Shown: positions 46,963 to 55,304, counted from the first letter of the stretch. The stretch: DNA of 64,000 nucleotides from Patescibacteria group bacterium (GCA_043817315.1 JBDRGY010000014.1:8690-72689), one strand, 5' to 3'. The notes: generated from the sequence alone by a model not told the origin. Program-made: numbers and translations.

Positions 46963-48120
46963 ATGGCCAAAGGACCGAAGAAACAGAAAGGCCAGCAGGT
47001 AGTCAAGCCACCCGAGGTACCGAAAGGTCCTGATCGAGTTCAGCAGAAGCTGGTGCGCAAGAGGACTGAAGTTGACACAGACACTCGGGTCGGTTCCGTC
47101 GAAGAAAAGACGGAAATCACAAGATCCAAGGGTTCAACTATACTGGTTCGTCTGGCGCTTCTGGCCGGTATCCTGCTGATACTGTTTCGTGAAGGATCCT
47201 GGGTGATCAAGGGATGGCCGGTACCTGTTGGTCTGATCTGGGGCGTGGCCGTGCTTATGGCCCTGATCATGCTACTGCCTCTGATTCCCAAGAAGGCCGG
47301 CAAGAAGTTCAGCTTCCCCATGGCAGCAGTGGCCGGAATCGTCTTTCTGTTGGCGATGCTGGCTATACCATTGCTGATAGCTCCGGACCAGGTCGATACC
47401 CTCTGGACCGAGGCTCGCAACTGGCTGTATGCTATTGTGGGGATCACTGTGATCGGGGCGGTCTGTAGTACCCTGACCAAGAAGAAGGCCTATCTGGTCT
47501 TCGGAGTGATCATCTCAGTGGGCTTACTGATCTATGGACCACTGCCCATCCTGACAGCGGGACAGGCAGGCAAGTCGGTAATCAGTGAGGCCCCCACCTA
47601 CTCCAGATATCTGTGTGAGGACATCACCAAGGACGGAGCCATCTGGGCCAAAGAGGTCCGGATTTCTCCGCTGCCTGATGGTGAAGCTCTGGAGATCCTG
47701 ATCAACAAGAGGGACGCCGGCAACTGGCTGATGCTGCAGACCAAGACGGGTCTAGTAGACGTTGGCGACGGCCTGTTTGGTCCTCGGGGCAATCCAGACA
47801 AGGACCCCTACGTCGACAGTACGTTCGATCGTAGCAAGGCCGGTCTGGAAGCCCGTGTCTGTTCCAGTGAGGCAGCTGCCATCACCTGGTTCATGCACAA
47901 GCGAGCGGCTCCTGGTGTGTTCACCAGTCGTATCGTCAGGAAGGACATCCCGGTAGTCATCGCCATTCTGGAAGAGTGGTTCGACAAAGCAGGCTCTGAT
48001 AACATCACCCTGTGGCTGCGGATCGTTCACCGTCCTGAGGAATGTAATGACGGTAACGACCGTGGTTCTTTCACCGCTCACGTCTGGATGGCAGAGGAGC
48101 CGCCGATCGGTTCTTCGTAA
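46963..48120 (+). CDS. Hypothetical multi-TM membrane protein with a soluble C-terminal domain
   Basis: SD GAGGTG and ATG 46963; basic N-terminus, about five hydrophobic segments and a C-terminal domain ending GNDRGSFTAHVW; no family recognised. Confidence 0.75.
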   Translation: MAKGPKKQKGQQVVKPPEVPKGPDRVQQKLVRKRTEVDTDTRVGSVEEKTEITRSKGSTILVRLALLAGILLILFREGSWVIKGWPVPVGLIWGVAVLMALIMLLPLIPKKAGKKFSFPMAAVAGIVFLLAMLAIPLLIAPDQVDTLWTEARNWLYAIVGITVIGAVCSTLTKKKAYLVFGVIISVGLLIYGPLPILTAGQAGKSVISEAPTYSRYLCEDITKDGAIWAKEVRISPLPDGEALEILINKRDAGNWLMLQTKTGLVDVGDGLFGPRGNPDKDPYVDSTFDRSKAGLEARVCSSEAAAITWFMHKRAAPGVFTSRIVRKDIPVVIAILEEWFDKAGSDNITLWLRIVHRPEECNDGNDRGSFTAHVWMAEEPPIGSS

Positions 48121-48140
48121 CACTCAGAAACAGGTTCATT

Positions 48141-48174
48141 GAGGGAGCGCCTTGTGTGCTCCCTCTTTTCTTTT
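48141..48174 (+). terminator. Intrinsic terminator closing the SPFH cassette
   Basis: GAGGGAGCGC-CTTGT-GTGCTCCCTC followed by TTTTCTTTT. Confidence 0.85.
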
Positions 48175-48228
48175 CCCAAAAAAACCAATTTCCGTTATAA
48201 TTAGATTATAATTTCTAATCATAAAAAA

Positions 48229-51200
48229 ATGAGAAAACAACTTAGTTTTGTAGTAATGATTAGTCTGATTGCTACTTTTTTCCCCCTGACTGATTCTCAA
48301 GCCACTTACGGTGATGTTTCTAAATATTTAGGCCACATTTATGCCGGAGATGGGGGAACAGCTGCTGCCGCCTATTTTGATTTCCCGGAAGATATCGAAG
48401 TAGATAGCTCTGGGAATTTTTTTGTTGCTGATACCTATAATAACGTTATCCGTAAAATTAGTTCTGCAGGAACTGTTTCCACCTTAGCCGGCACTGGCTC
48501 TTACGGCCTGACCAATGGGGCTACTACCGCTGCTGAATTTGCCCTACCTCGAGGAATAACCATTGATGCCTCGGGCAATATCTATGTGGCTGATACTGCC
48601 AACAATGCCGTCAGGAAAATCGCTGGCAGTACAGTGACCACCTTGGTCGGCGAAGGCTTATCAGCCCCTGAAGGCTTGATTATATATGGCTCCACTTTGT
48701 ATATAGCTGATACTGGTAACGATGCTATTAAATCAGTGTCCACGGCTGGCGGCACAGTAACCACCTTGGCTGGTTCTGGATTAAGTTCACCCAAGAAACT
48801 AGAAGTAGCAGCAGACGGAAGTTTGCTCTATGTTTCTGATGCCGGTAGTTACCGGGTATTAAAAGTTAACATTAGTACCGGAACGGTGTCTGTTTTGGCT
48901 GGCTCGGGTACAGCTGGCTATGCTGAAGGAACAGGCACAGCTGCCCAGTTTGAAAACATCTGGGGAGTGGAGTTGTATGGTGATTATCTTTATGTTGCCG
49001 ACGGGGATGGTTTTGATGACATGATCCGTAAGATAAATGTAACTACCGGAGAAACTTCTTCGTTTGCCACTGACAGCAATATGATGGCCATCAATTTCGG
49101 AGCAGGGCTACGGGTCTATAATGGCTATATTTATTTATGTAACCAGGGAATAGGAACTATTCATAAATTCAACGTGGACGATGATTCCGATAATGAAACC
49201 TTTGCTGGCTATGAGCGCTTTGGCCATCGAAACGGTACTAACCCACTTTTCGGCCGACCTCATGATATGGCGATGACTCAGGACGGTACCACTTTCTATT
49301 TAGCCGACAATAATAAGATAAGGAAGATTGTTAAAGCAACAGGAAATACCACCTATGTGACGGGTTCATCTGTTGACAACTACCGGGAAGGCTTGCCGGT
49401 AGGAGCCCCGGGCGGTATCGGTGCTGAAGCCCGCTTTTCCACTATTGCCTCAGTTGCGGTTAATAACGCGGGCACTGCTCTTTATCTGGTGGATCGCTGG
49501 AATAACCGGGTGCGCAAGGTTGATTTATCCGACCCTGATTATCAAACATACTTAATTTCAGGCGCTGGGCGAATTAATACCACTGGCACCCAGAGAAATG
49601 GTTATCAGGAAGGAATTAAGTGCGATTCGGTCAAAAATAAAGATGAATCATTTACCAAGCAATCGGGCTGTGCCTACTTTGATAATCCGGCTGGTATTGT
49701 TATCTCTCCTGATAATGCTTATTTGTATGTTTCTGACACCAACAACCAAAGAATCAGAAAGGTGAGAATTGCTGATGGTCAAACTTCTTTAGTGGCCGGT
49801 TCGGGCACAGCAGGCTACTTAAATGGGGAGGCTACCACTGCCCAGTTCCATACGCCCTACGGCTTAACCATAGATGCAAACGGAGATTTTCTTTATGTGG
49901 CTGATAGAGACAATCATGTCATTAGAAAAATAGACACAGCAACTGGTTTTGTTTCCACTCTGGCGGGCAAGGGCAGCGCTGGATATCTAGACGCCATTGG
50001 CACCTCGGCCTATTTTTCCTATCCGGAATATATCAAAATGGGAGCCGATGGTAATTTGTATGTAACTGAAGTTGGTTCGCAACGAGTCAGAGTAATTGAT
50101 ACGGTATCTGGTGACACCAGGCTAGTAGCCGGATCAGGCTACCGGGGTTATAAAAATGGGGCTAAAGAAGAAGCTGAATTCAATAATCCGGAAGGGTTGG
50201 TACCAGATACCGCTAATAATTCTGTTTATGTATTGGATTCTTGGAACGATGTGATCCGCCAGGTCGATATCGAAGGGGAAATCCCTCACACCGAACCGGC
50301 TCCGACAGTGACCGCTGTGATTCCTGATTTTGTAGAGCCCAAATGGGATGACGGTAGTGGGTTACGGGTAAGGATTACTGGTACCAATTTCCGACACGGA
50401 GCCGTTACTCATTTTTATACTTATCAAGCCTCAGCCACTTATGTGGTTTCCGACACAGAATTGGTAGCCGAATTACCCCTATCACAAATGTCAGCCGGCT
50501 ATTATGATGTGACAGTAACCAATTTGGACGGTCAAGCCGCTTATCTGTCCAAAGGGATAGGAATTTCTGATAATCTGGGCAATGTGCCAGGGGAACACTT
50601 CTCGGTACCGGGAGCGGAGACTGAGGAAGCGACAGAAGTAAGCATTGCCCCGGGTAACAGCTTTTATGCTTATTCGGAAACGATTCGGGGTGGCTTTTAT
50701 GTAGCTGTGGGTAATGTCCAGGGAGATGGACGGGAGGAAATTCTTACCGGCACCGGCATTGGGTTAGGTCCCCAGGTGAGAATATTTGATTTAGAGGGAG
50801 GTTTAAAAACCACTTTCTTTGCCTATGCGGAACATCTGCGATCAGGAGTCAGAGTGGCAGTGGGGGACCTAAACGGTGATGGTTACAATGAAATAATAAC
50901 AGCCCCAGGTCCGGGAGGCCGGCCCCATATCAGGACTTTTTCAGGAGACGGACAAGCCCTAAATGCCGGATTTTTCGCTCTGGATGGGCAGTTCCAGGGG
51001 GGTGCCTTCGTAGCCTGTGGAGATGTAAACGGTGACGGGCAAGATGAAATTATAGTGACAGCTGGTCCGGGAGGTGGACCCCACGTTACTGTCCACAATG
51101 GAGATGGTGATCTTTTAGCCACTTTCTTTGCCTATGACCAGCATACTTTCCGTTATGGTATTCGTCCTGCAGTTTTAGACGTCGATGGTGACGGCCATAT

Positions 51201-51591
51201 GGAGATTCTTACCGGACCGGAAACCGGATCACCACACATTCAAACCTTTCAAATTAGGCCGGGTGAAATCAGACAACTCAATCCAGGTTTTTACGCATAT
51301 GACCCAGATTACAAAGGAGGAGTAGCAGTGACCGGTGGTGATATGGACGGTGACGGAGCTGATGAGATTATTGCTGGAGTGGGTGATGCCGCCTCTCCAC
51401 TGGTTAGATTGTTTTACAGTGATGGGTCCGGATATCTCCGTAAAGAGTTTTACGCTTATCCCACTACATTTTTATCAGGAGTCAATGTGGCCTCAGGTGA
51501 TGTTGATGGTGATGATATTGATGAAGTAATAACTTCTCCTCGGGCTGATGGGGGTCCTCAAATCAGGATTATTGAAGTTGATCGATTATAA
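48229..51591 (+). CDS. Secreted NHL-repeat beta-propeller protein with an IPT/TIG domain and C-terminal FG-GAP/VCBS-like repeats
   Basis: Repeated F..P.GI.VD..GN.YVADT.N..IRKI; PTVTAVIP..ITGTNF; VAVGDLNGDG..EIIT..GPGG.P repeats. Confidence 0.88.
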   Translation: MRKQLSFVVMISLIATFFPLTDSQATYGDVSKYLGHIYAGDGGTAAAAYFDFPEDIEVDSSGNFFVADTYNNVIRKISSAGTVSTLAGTGSYGLTNGATTAAEFALPRGITIDASGNIYVADTANNAVRKIAGSTVTTLVGEGLSAPEGLIIYGSTLYIADTGNDAIKSVSTAGGTVTTLAGSGLSSPKKLEVAADGSLLYVSDAGSYRVLKVNISTGTVSVLAGSGTAGYAEGTGTAAQFENIWGVELYGDYLYVADGDGFDDMIRKINVTTGETSSFATDSNMMAINFGAGLRVYNGYIYLCNQGIGTIHKFNVDDDSDNETFAGYERFGHRNGTNPLFGRPHDMAMTQDGTTFYLADNNKIRKIVKATGNTTYVTGSSVDNYREGLPVGAPGGIGAEARFSTIASVAVNNAGTALYLVDRWNNRVRKVDLSDPDYQTYLISGAGRINTTGTQRNGYQEGIKCDSVKNKDESFTKQSGCAYFDNPAGIVISPDNAYLYVSDTNNQRIRKVRIADGQTSLVAGSGTAGYLNGEATTAQFHTPYGLTIDANGDFLYVADRDNHVIRKIDTATGFVSTLAGKGSAGYLDAIGTSAYFSYPEYIKMGADGNLYVTEVGSQRVRVIDTVSGDTRLVAGSGYRGYKNGAKEEAEFNNPEGLVPDTANNSVYVLDSWNDVIRQVDIEGEIPHTEPAPTVTAVIPDFVEPKWDDGSGLRVRITGTNFRHGAVTHFYTYQASATYVVSDTELVAELPLSQMSAGYYDVTVTNLDGQAAYLSKGIGISDNLGNVPGEHFSVPGAETEEATEVSIAPGNSFYAYSETIRGGFYVAVGNVQGDGREEILTGTGIGLGPQVRIFDLEGGLKTTFFAYAEHLRSGVRVAVGDLNGDGYNEIITAPGPGGRPHIRTFSGDGQALNAGFFALDGQFQGGAFVACGDVNGDGQDEIIVTAGPGGGPHVTVHNGDGDLLATFFAYDQHTFRYGIRPAVLDVDGDGHMEILTGPETGSPHIQTFQIRPGEIRQLNPGFYAYDPDYKGGVAVTGGDMDGDGADEIIAGVGDAASPLVRLFYSDGSGYLRKEFYAYPTTFLSGVNVASGDVDGDDIDEVITSPRADGGPQIRIIEVDRL

Positions 51592-51638
51592 TACTCCCTG
51601 GTTACATTTCTTGGGGAATTAAGATATAATTTATTACT

Positions 51639-52331
51639 ATGCCGTTGACCTTATTTAAAACTATTTCTGGTCGTGATAAGAATAAGAGTTTAGAAAAGCT
51701 CATCAGTTATTCCCTGCCGGATCAGGATCTGATATTGATGGCGATTTTGTCTATTATTATGGCCACTCTGGCGTTTTTGCTGGACAATATGGCAGTATTG
51801 ATCGGCAGTATGCTGATTGCTCCTATTATTTATCCCATCATGAGTTGCGGCATGTCCTTTGCCGTTTTAGACGTTAAGTTATTTCTCCGGTCATTAGGAA
51901 CTATTTCAATTTTTGCAATATTAGGAATTACTTCTGCCATACTAGTTACTATTTTGTTCAGCTCTTACCGGGTTGACTTTTCCAGTGACTTAATCTCTCA
52001 TATGCAGCCTTCCTGGTTGTATTTTGCTGTTGCCATTGTAGCCGGACTGGCTGCTTCTTTTGCCCTGGTCAAGCCTGAACTAAACGAAATGTTTCCCGGT
52101 ATCGCCGTATCGGTTGCTCTTATTCCCCCCTTGTCTGTTATCGGAATAGGGTTGGCCAATGGTAAAACAGAGATTGTCGCTGATGCAATCCATCTTTTTC
52201 TAAGCAACGCGGGGGGGATTATTCTGGCTTCTCTGATAATTTTTACTTTTATGCGTTTTCGTCTAAAGAGAAGAATAGCCCAAAAGGTGCTGGCTCAGGA
52301 GGAAAAAGAATTGGAAAACGGATTAACCTAG
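51639..52331 (+). CDS. DUF389 / TIGR00341-like membrane protein
   Basis: AVLIGSMLIAP.I.PI and PGIAVSVALIPPL motifs. Confidence 0.82.
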   Translation: MPLTLFKTISGRDKNKSLEKLISYSLPDQDLILMAILSIIMATLAFLLDNMAVLIGSMLIAPIIYPIMSCGMSFAVLDVKLFLRSLGTISIFAILGITSAILVTILFSSYRVDFSSDLISHMQPSWLYFAVAIVAGLAASFALVKPELNEMFPGIAVSVALIPPLSVIGIGLANGKTEIVADAIHLFLSNAGGIILASLIIFTFMRFRLKRRIAQKVLAQEEKELENGLT

Positions 52332-52365
52332 AATATTAGAAAAAAGATAATTAATATTTATCAAT

Positions 52366-52740
52366 ATGAATGAAAAACCCAAAGTATTGATAATAGACGA
52401 CGAAGAACCCTTTTTATTAGTAATGACAGAAAAGCTGTCAGACTATTTTCAGGTTACTGTGGCCAAAGACGGCCAGGCGGGACTAGAAAGAGCTTTGGCA
52501 GAACATCCCGATCTGATCTTATTAGATATTGTGATGCCCAAGATGCACGGCTGGGACGTTTACGAAAAGCTGCGGCGTGATGACTGGGGTAAATGGGTTC
52601 CGGTGGTAATAATGACCAACGTGGCCAATAAATACAAAGCGGAACAAGGGGCCAAATCCGGTGAGTTTGATTATTGTGTTAAATCGGACTATAATCTAGA
52701 AGAGATAGTTGAAAAGATAAAAGATAAGTTAAAAAAATAA
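52366..52740 (+). CDS. Single-domain response regulator (receiver)
   Basis: VLIIDDE, PDLILLDIVMPKMHG, VVIMTN and K. Confidence 0.92.
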   Translation: MNEKPKVLIIDDEEPFLLVMTEKLSDYFQVTVAKDGQAGLERALAEHPDLILLDIVMPKMHGWDVYEKLRRDDWGKWVPVVIMTNVANKYKAEQGAKSGEFDYCVKSDYNLEEIVEKIKDKLKK

Positions 52741-52750
52741 CTAATAACCT

Positions 52751-53128
52751 ATGACCGCTAAAAAAAAGGTGCTGGTGATTGATGATGAACAACCTTTCTT
52801 GGATATTATGCAGGAGAAATTAGGCAAAGAAGGATTAGAGCCTTTATTGGCCATGGGGGGGGAGAAGGGAATAGAAGTTGCCCTCAAAGAACATCCTGAC
52901 CTTATCGTTTTAGACGTTCTAATGCCGGGGATGCACGGGTGGTCGGTTTACGAAAAATTAAGACAAGACGATTGGGGCCGGGGTGTGCCCGTTATTATCT
53001 TAACCAACGTGACTGATAAATACCGTAAAGAGCAGGGTGAGAAAACCGGGGGTTACGAATATCTGGTTAAGACGGATGTTTCTCTGGAAGAGGTGATTAG
53101 AAAGATAAGGGAAAAAGCCGGCGCTTAA
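52751..53128 (+). CDS. Single-domain response regulator (receiver), tandem paralog
   Basis: VLVIDDE, PDLIVLDVLMPGMHG and VIILTN. Confidence 0.92.
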   Translation: MTAKKKVLVIDDEQPFLDIMQEKLGKEGLEPLLAMGGEKGIEVALKEHPDLIVLDVLMPGMHGWSVYEKLRQDDWGRGVPVIILTNVTDKYRKEQGEKTGGYEYLVKTDVSLEEVIRKIREKAGA

Positions 53129-53133
53129 GAAAT

Positions 53134-53166
53134 AAAAAATCCAAGCGAAAACAGCTTGGATTTTTT
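53134..53166. terminator. Bidirectional terminator
   Basis: AAAAAATCCAAGC-GAAAACA-GCTTGGATTTTTT between convergent genes. Confidence 0.85.
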
Positions 53167-53173
53167 GGTTATA

Positions 53174-53857
53174 CTATTCGGTGCCGGTTTGGGAAGTAAA
53201 GTGGAAATATTTTAGCATGTTCTCAAAGACATCGGTATTTTGGGAGCCGCGCAGGCCGATAGAATAAACGTAATCATCCACTTCGGCATAAATTATATTA
53301 TCGGTTGTGTCGTGATAACTCGGGTTATTAGACAAGATGTAGCTGGTTCCGCTGGTCTTGGCATCTTGGTATAAATCCCAGACCGGTTTGTGGATTTCAA
53401 TAAAAACAGACCCTTGGTAATTGGGTGCTTTGCCCGAAGAAATTGATTGATAGTCATCAAAGGAATAAAAAGCAAATAGCTTGGAAATATCACCGTTGCC
53501 TAAATCCTGTTCTGAGTACTCTTTGACTATCCACTTGGTTTTATAAATAGTGGAAAAATTGTATTCTTCACTCTTGAAAAAAGAATAACCGGGGACGTTG
53601 TATTGATCAGAGCCGAGATCACCCAGAGCTTCTTGGTCAGTTGCTGAATTAGTATTTTGGTTGAGGTTGGAATTTTGGGTAACTACCTGACCTTCTTCTG
53701 ACTCGGTTTTAGTCAAAAACCACCAAGCTCCATATCCAATACCTGCCACCAACACTACTAATACAATAATCACCACTTTATTTACCGGTTTCCTGGGCGG
53801 TTTTTCTGGTTTACCAGTGGGTAGTTTTTCTTCTGGTTTTAAATCTGTGATTGCCAT
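53174..53857 (-). CDS. Hypothetical single-TM protein with an extracytoplasmic domain
   Basis: Pro/Lys N-terminus, TM VVIIVLVVLVAGIGYGAWWF and YNFSTIY..KW (PsbP-like by resemblance only). Confidence 0.75.
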   Translation of the reverse strand: MAITDLKPEEKLPTGKPEKPPRKPVNKVVIIVLVVLVAGIGYGAWWFLTKTESEEGQVVTQNSNLNQNTNSATDQEALGDLGSDQYNVPGYSFFKSEEYNFSTIYKTKWIVKEYSEQDLGNGDISKLFAFYSFDDYQSISSGKAPNYQGSVFIEIHKPVWDLYQDAKTSGTSYILSNNPSYHDTTDNIIYAEVDDYVYSIGLRGSQNTDVFENMLKYFHFTSQTGTE

Positions 53858-53903
53858 ATTCCGATTATAGGATATTTTGTTAAATTAAACAAACTGTTTA
53901 ACT

Positions 53904-53931
53904 TTGTCAAAATGAGTGTCTATGTTATAAT
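53904..53931 (+). promoter_or_regulatory. Promoter of the tRNA-Asp locus
   Basis: TTGTCA-16-TATAAT with a TG extension. Confidence 0.65.
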
Positions 53932-53948
53932 GTCTTTACTTAAATCGC

Positions 53949-54275
53949 GAACCGGTGGTGTAGCCCGGTTAATCCCGCAACTATTTTTAACAGGAAGTGC
54001 GGGACAGGCACGCCACAAGCAATTTGGAAAATGGTGGTGGACCGGTGGTGTAGCCCGGTTAACACGCCTCCCTGTCACGGAGGAGATCGAGGGTTCAAAT
54101 CCCTTCCGGTCCGCCACCATTTTCCAAACACTGTCTCCCTGCTTGCCCCGCAGAACGAAACGCTAGTGAAGCTTCTTGCGGGGTCACGGATAAAATTGTG
54201 GGTTCTCCGCCACTTAAATTTTATGTTAATGTACGGCGGATCCCCCGCAGGGGGAAAATCCCTTCCGGTCTGCCA
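53949..54275 (+). pseudogene. Fragmented tRNA-Asp pseudogene interrupted by palindromic insertions, enclosing the intact tRNA-Asp
   Basis: Collinear pieces at 53949-53972, 54009-54014, 54135-54141, 54184-54205 and 54256-54275 rebuild a full-length degenerate tRNA-Asp. Confidence 0.8.
54039..54116 (+). tRNA. tRNA-Asp(GTC)
   Basis: Acceptor GGACCGG/CCGGTCC, anticodon arm CCTCC-CTGTCAC-GGAGG, GTTCAAATC T-loop, G discriminator and CCA. Confidence 0.96.
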
Positions 54276-54367
54276 CTAGTTTCAAACCCACAGCCGCCCT
54301 TGCCCGTCCCATAGGACTGAAAAATTGAATAAATTTTCATTAAATAATTTAACATTAATAATCAAAT

Positions 54368-54787
54368 ATGTCCAAATTTGAGAGGTGGTCGGGTGTAGAG
54401 GGTAAAGAAGGCACAGGAATTGACGATAAAGCAAAAGATACGACAACAACGGAAGTTGTTGAAATCGAGAGTGATATACCAAAAGAAGTTATTGAAAGAG
54501 GCGACACAAGTGAAATCCGTAGTTCGAGAAGAGAAAAATTTGCCGGTCATCTTGAGAAAGCTGGTCCTCGCACCCTGATTGAATACATTAAAAAAGGGGG
54601 AATTGATCTTGAGAATGTCAAAGGGTTACGCCAAGAATGGAAAGGAATAATCGAGAGAATCAAAGAAAAAGGAGGAGGAATCCATTGGCAAAATCCAAAA
54701 ATGTATTTTTTATCTAAAAGGGAAGCAGCCAATATGGCTTTAGAAGAACTGCAGGACAGATTTGCCCGCGGTCAAATTAAATATTAA
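54368..54787 (+). CDS. Hypothetical charged soluble protein
   Basis: 139-aa ORF, Glu/Lys-rich; no family recognised. Confidence 0.6.
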   Translation: MSKFERWSGVEGKEGTGIDDKAKDTTTTEVVEIESDIPKEVIERGDTSEIRSSRREKFAGHLEKAGPRTLIEYIKKGGIDLENVKGLRQEWKGIIERIKEKGGGIHWQNPKMYFLSKREAANMALEELQDRFARGQIKY

Positions 54788-54903
54788 CTGATTTTGTCGG
54801 CAAATCATACAAAATTTTTTTTGGTAAGCCACCAATTTTTAATACCAGGAGATCATCCCGTGGCCGTGGGATCCGGTCCGCAAGATAGCAGGTTATTTAA
54901 GAG

Positions 54904-55284
54904 ATGAATAAATTAAAGATATTTTCTAAATATTGGCTACCGGTTATTTTATGGGCTGGAGTCATTTTTTATTTTTCCTCAATTCCCCATTTGCAGATTG
55001 AGGCGTTGGGAGTTTGGGATATTATTTTAAGGAAGATAGCTCATGCCACTGAATATGGTGTATTGGCCTTTTTGGCTCTGCGGCTAGGATTAAGAGAAAA
55101 CAAGAAGGGGACCGTAACTTTGGTAACGGTAATTATTTTCTGTGCTCTATATGCCTGGTCTGATGAATGGCATCAATCTTTTGTGGAAGGCCGCACCTTT
55201 GCTGTTTGGGATATTGCTATCGATTCATTGGGCGCCTCAGTTTTTGCTTTACTTTATTACCGAAACAAAAAACAGCCTAAATAA
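54904..55284 (+). CDS. VanZ-family membrane protein
   Basis: WLPVILWAGVIFYFSS, RKIAHATEYGVL and SDEWHQSFVEGR...DIAIDSLG. Confidence 0.9.
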   Translation: MNKLKIFSKYWLPVILWAGVIFYFSSIPHLQIEALGVWDIILRKIAHATEYGVLAFLALRLGLRENKKGTVTLVTVIIFCALYAWSDEWHQSFVEGRTFAVWDIAIDSLGASVFALLYYRNKKQPK

Positions 55285-55304
55285 ATAGCTGCCTTTTGTT
55301 GGTC

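Noticed and set aside
53949-54275. Outer tRNA-Asp as a functional multi-intron tRNA
   Set aside because: The rebuilt copy has mismatched acceptor and anticodon stems, and I see no bulge-helix-bulge or group I/II intron features.
53912-54279. ORFs 53912-54166, 53920-54120 and 54031-54279 with a repeated peptide TGGVARL
   Set aside because: They overlap tRNA-Asp; the repeat is simply the duplicated tRNA 5' sequence.
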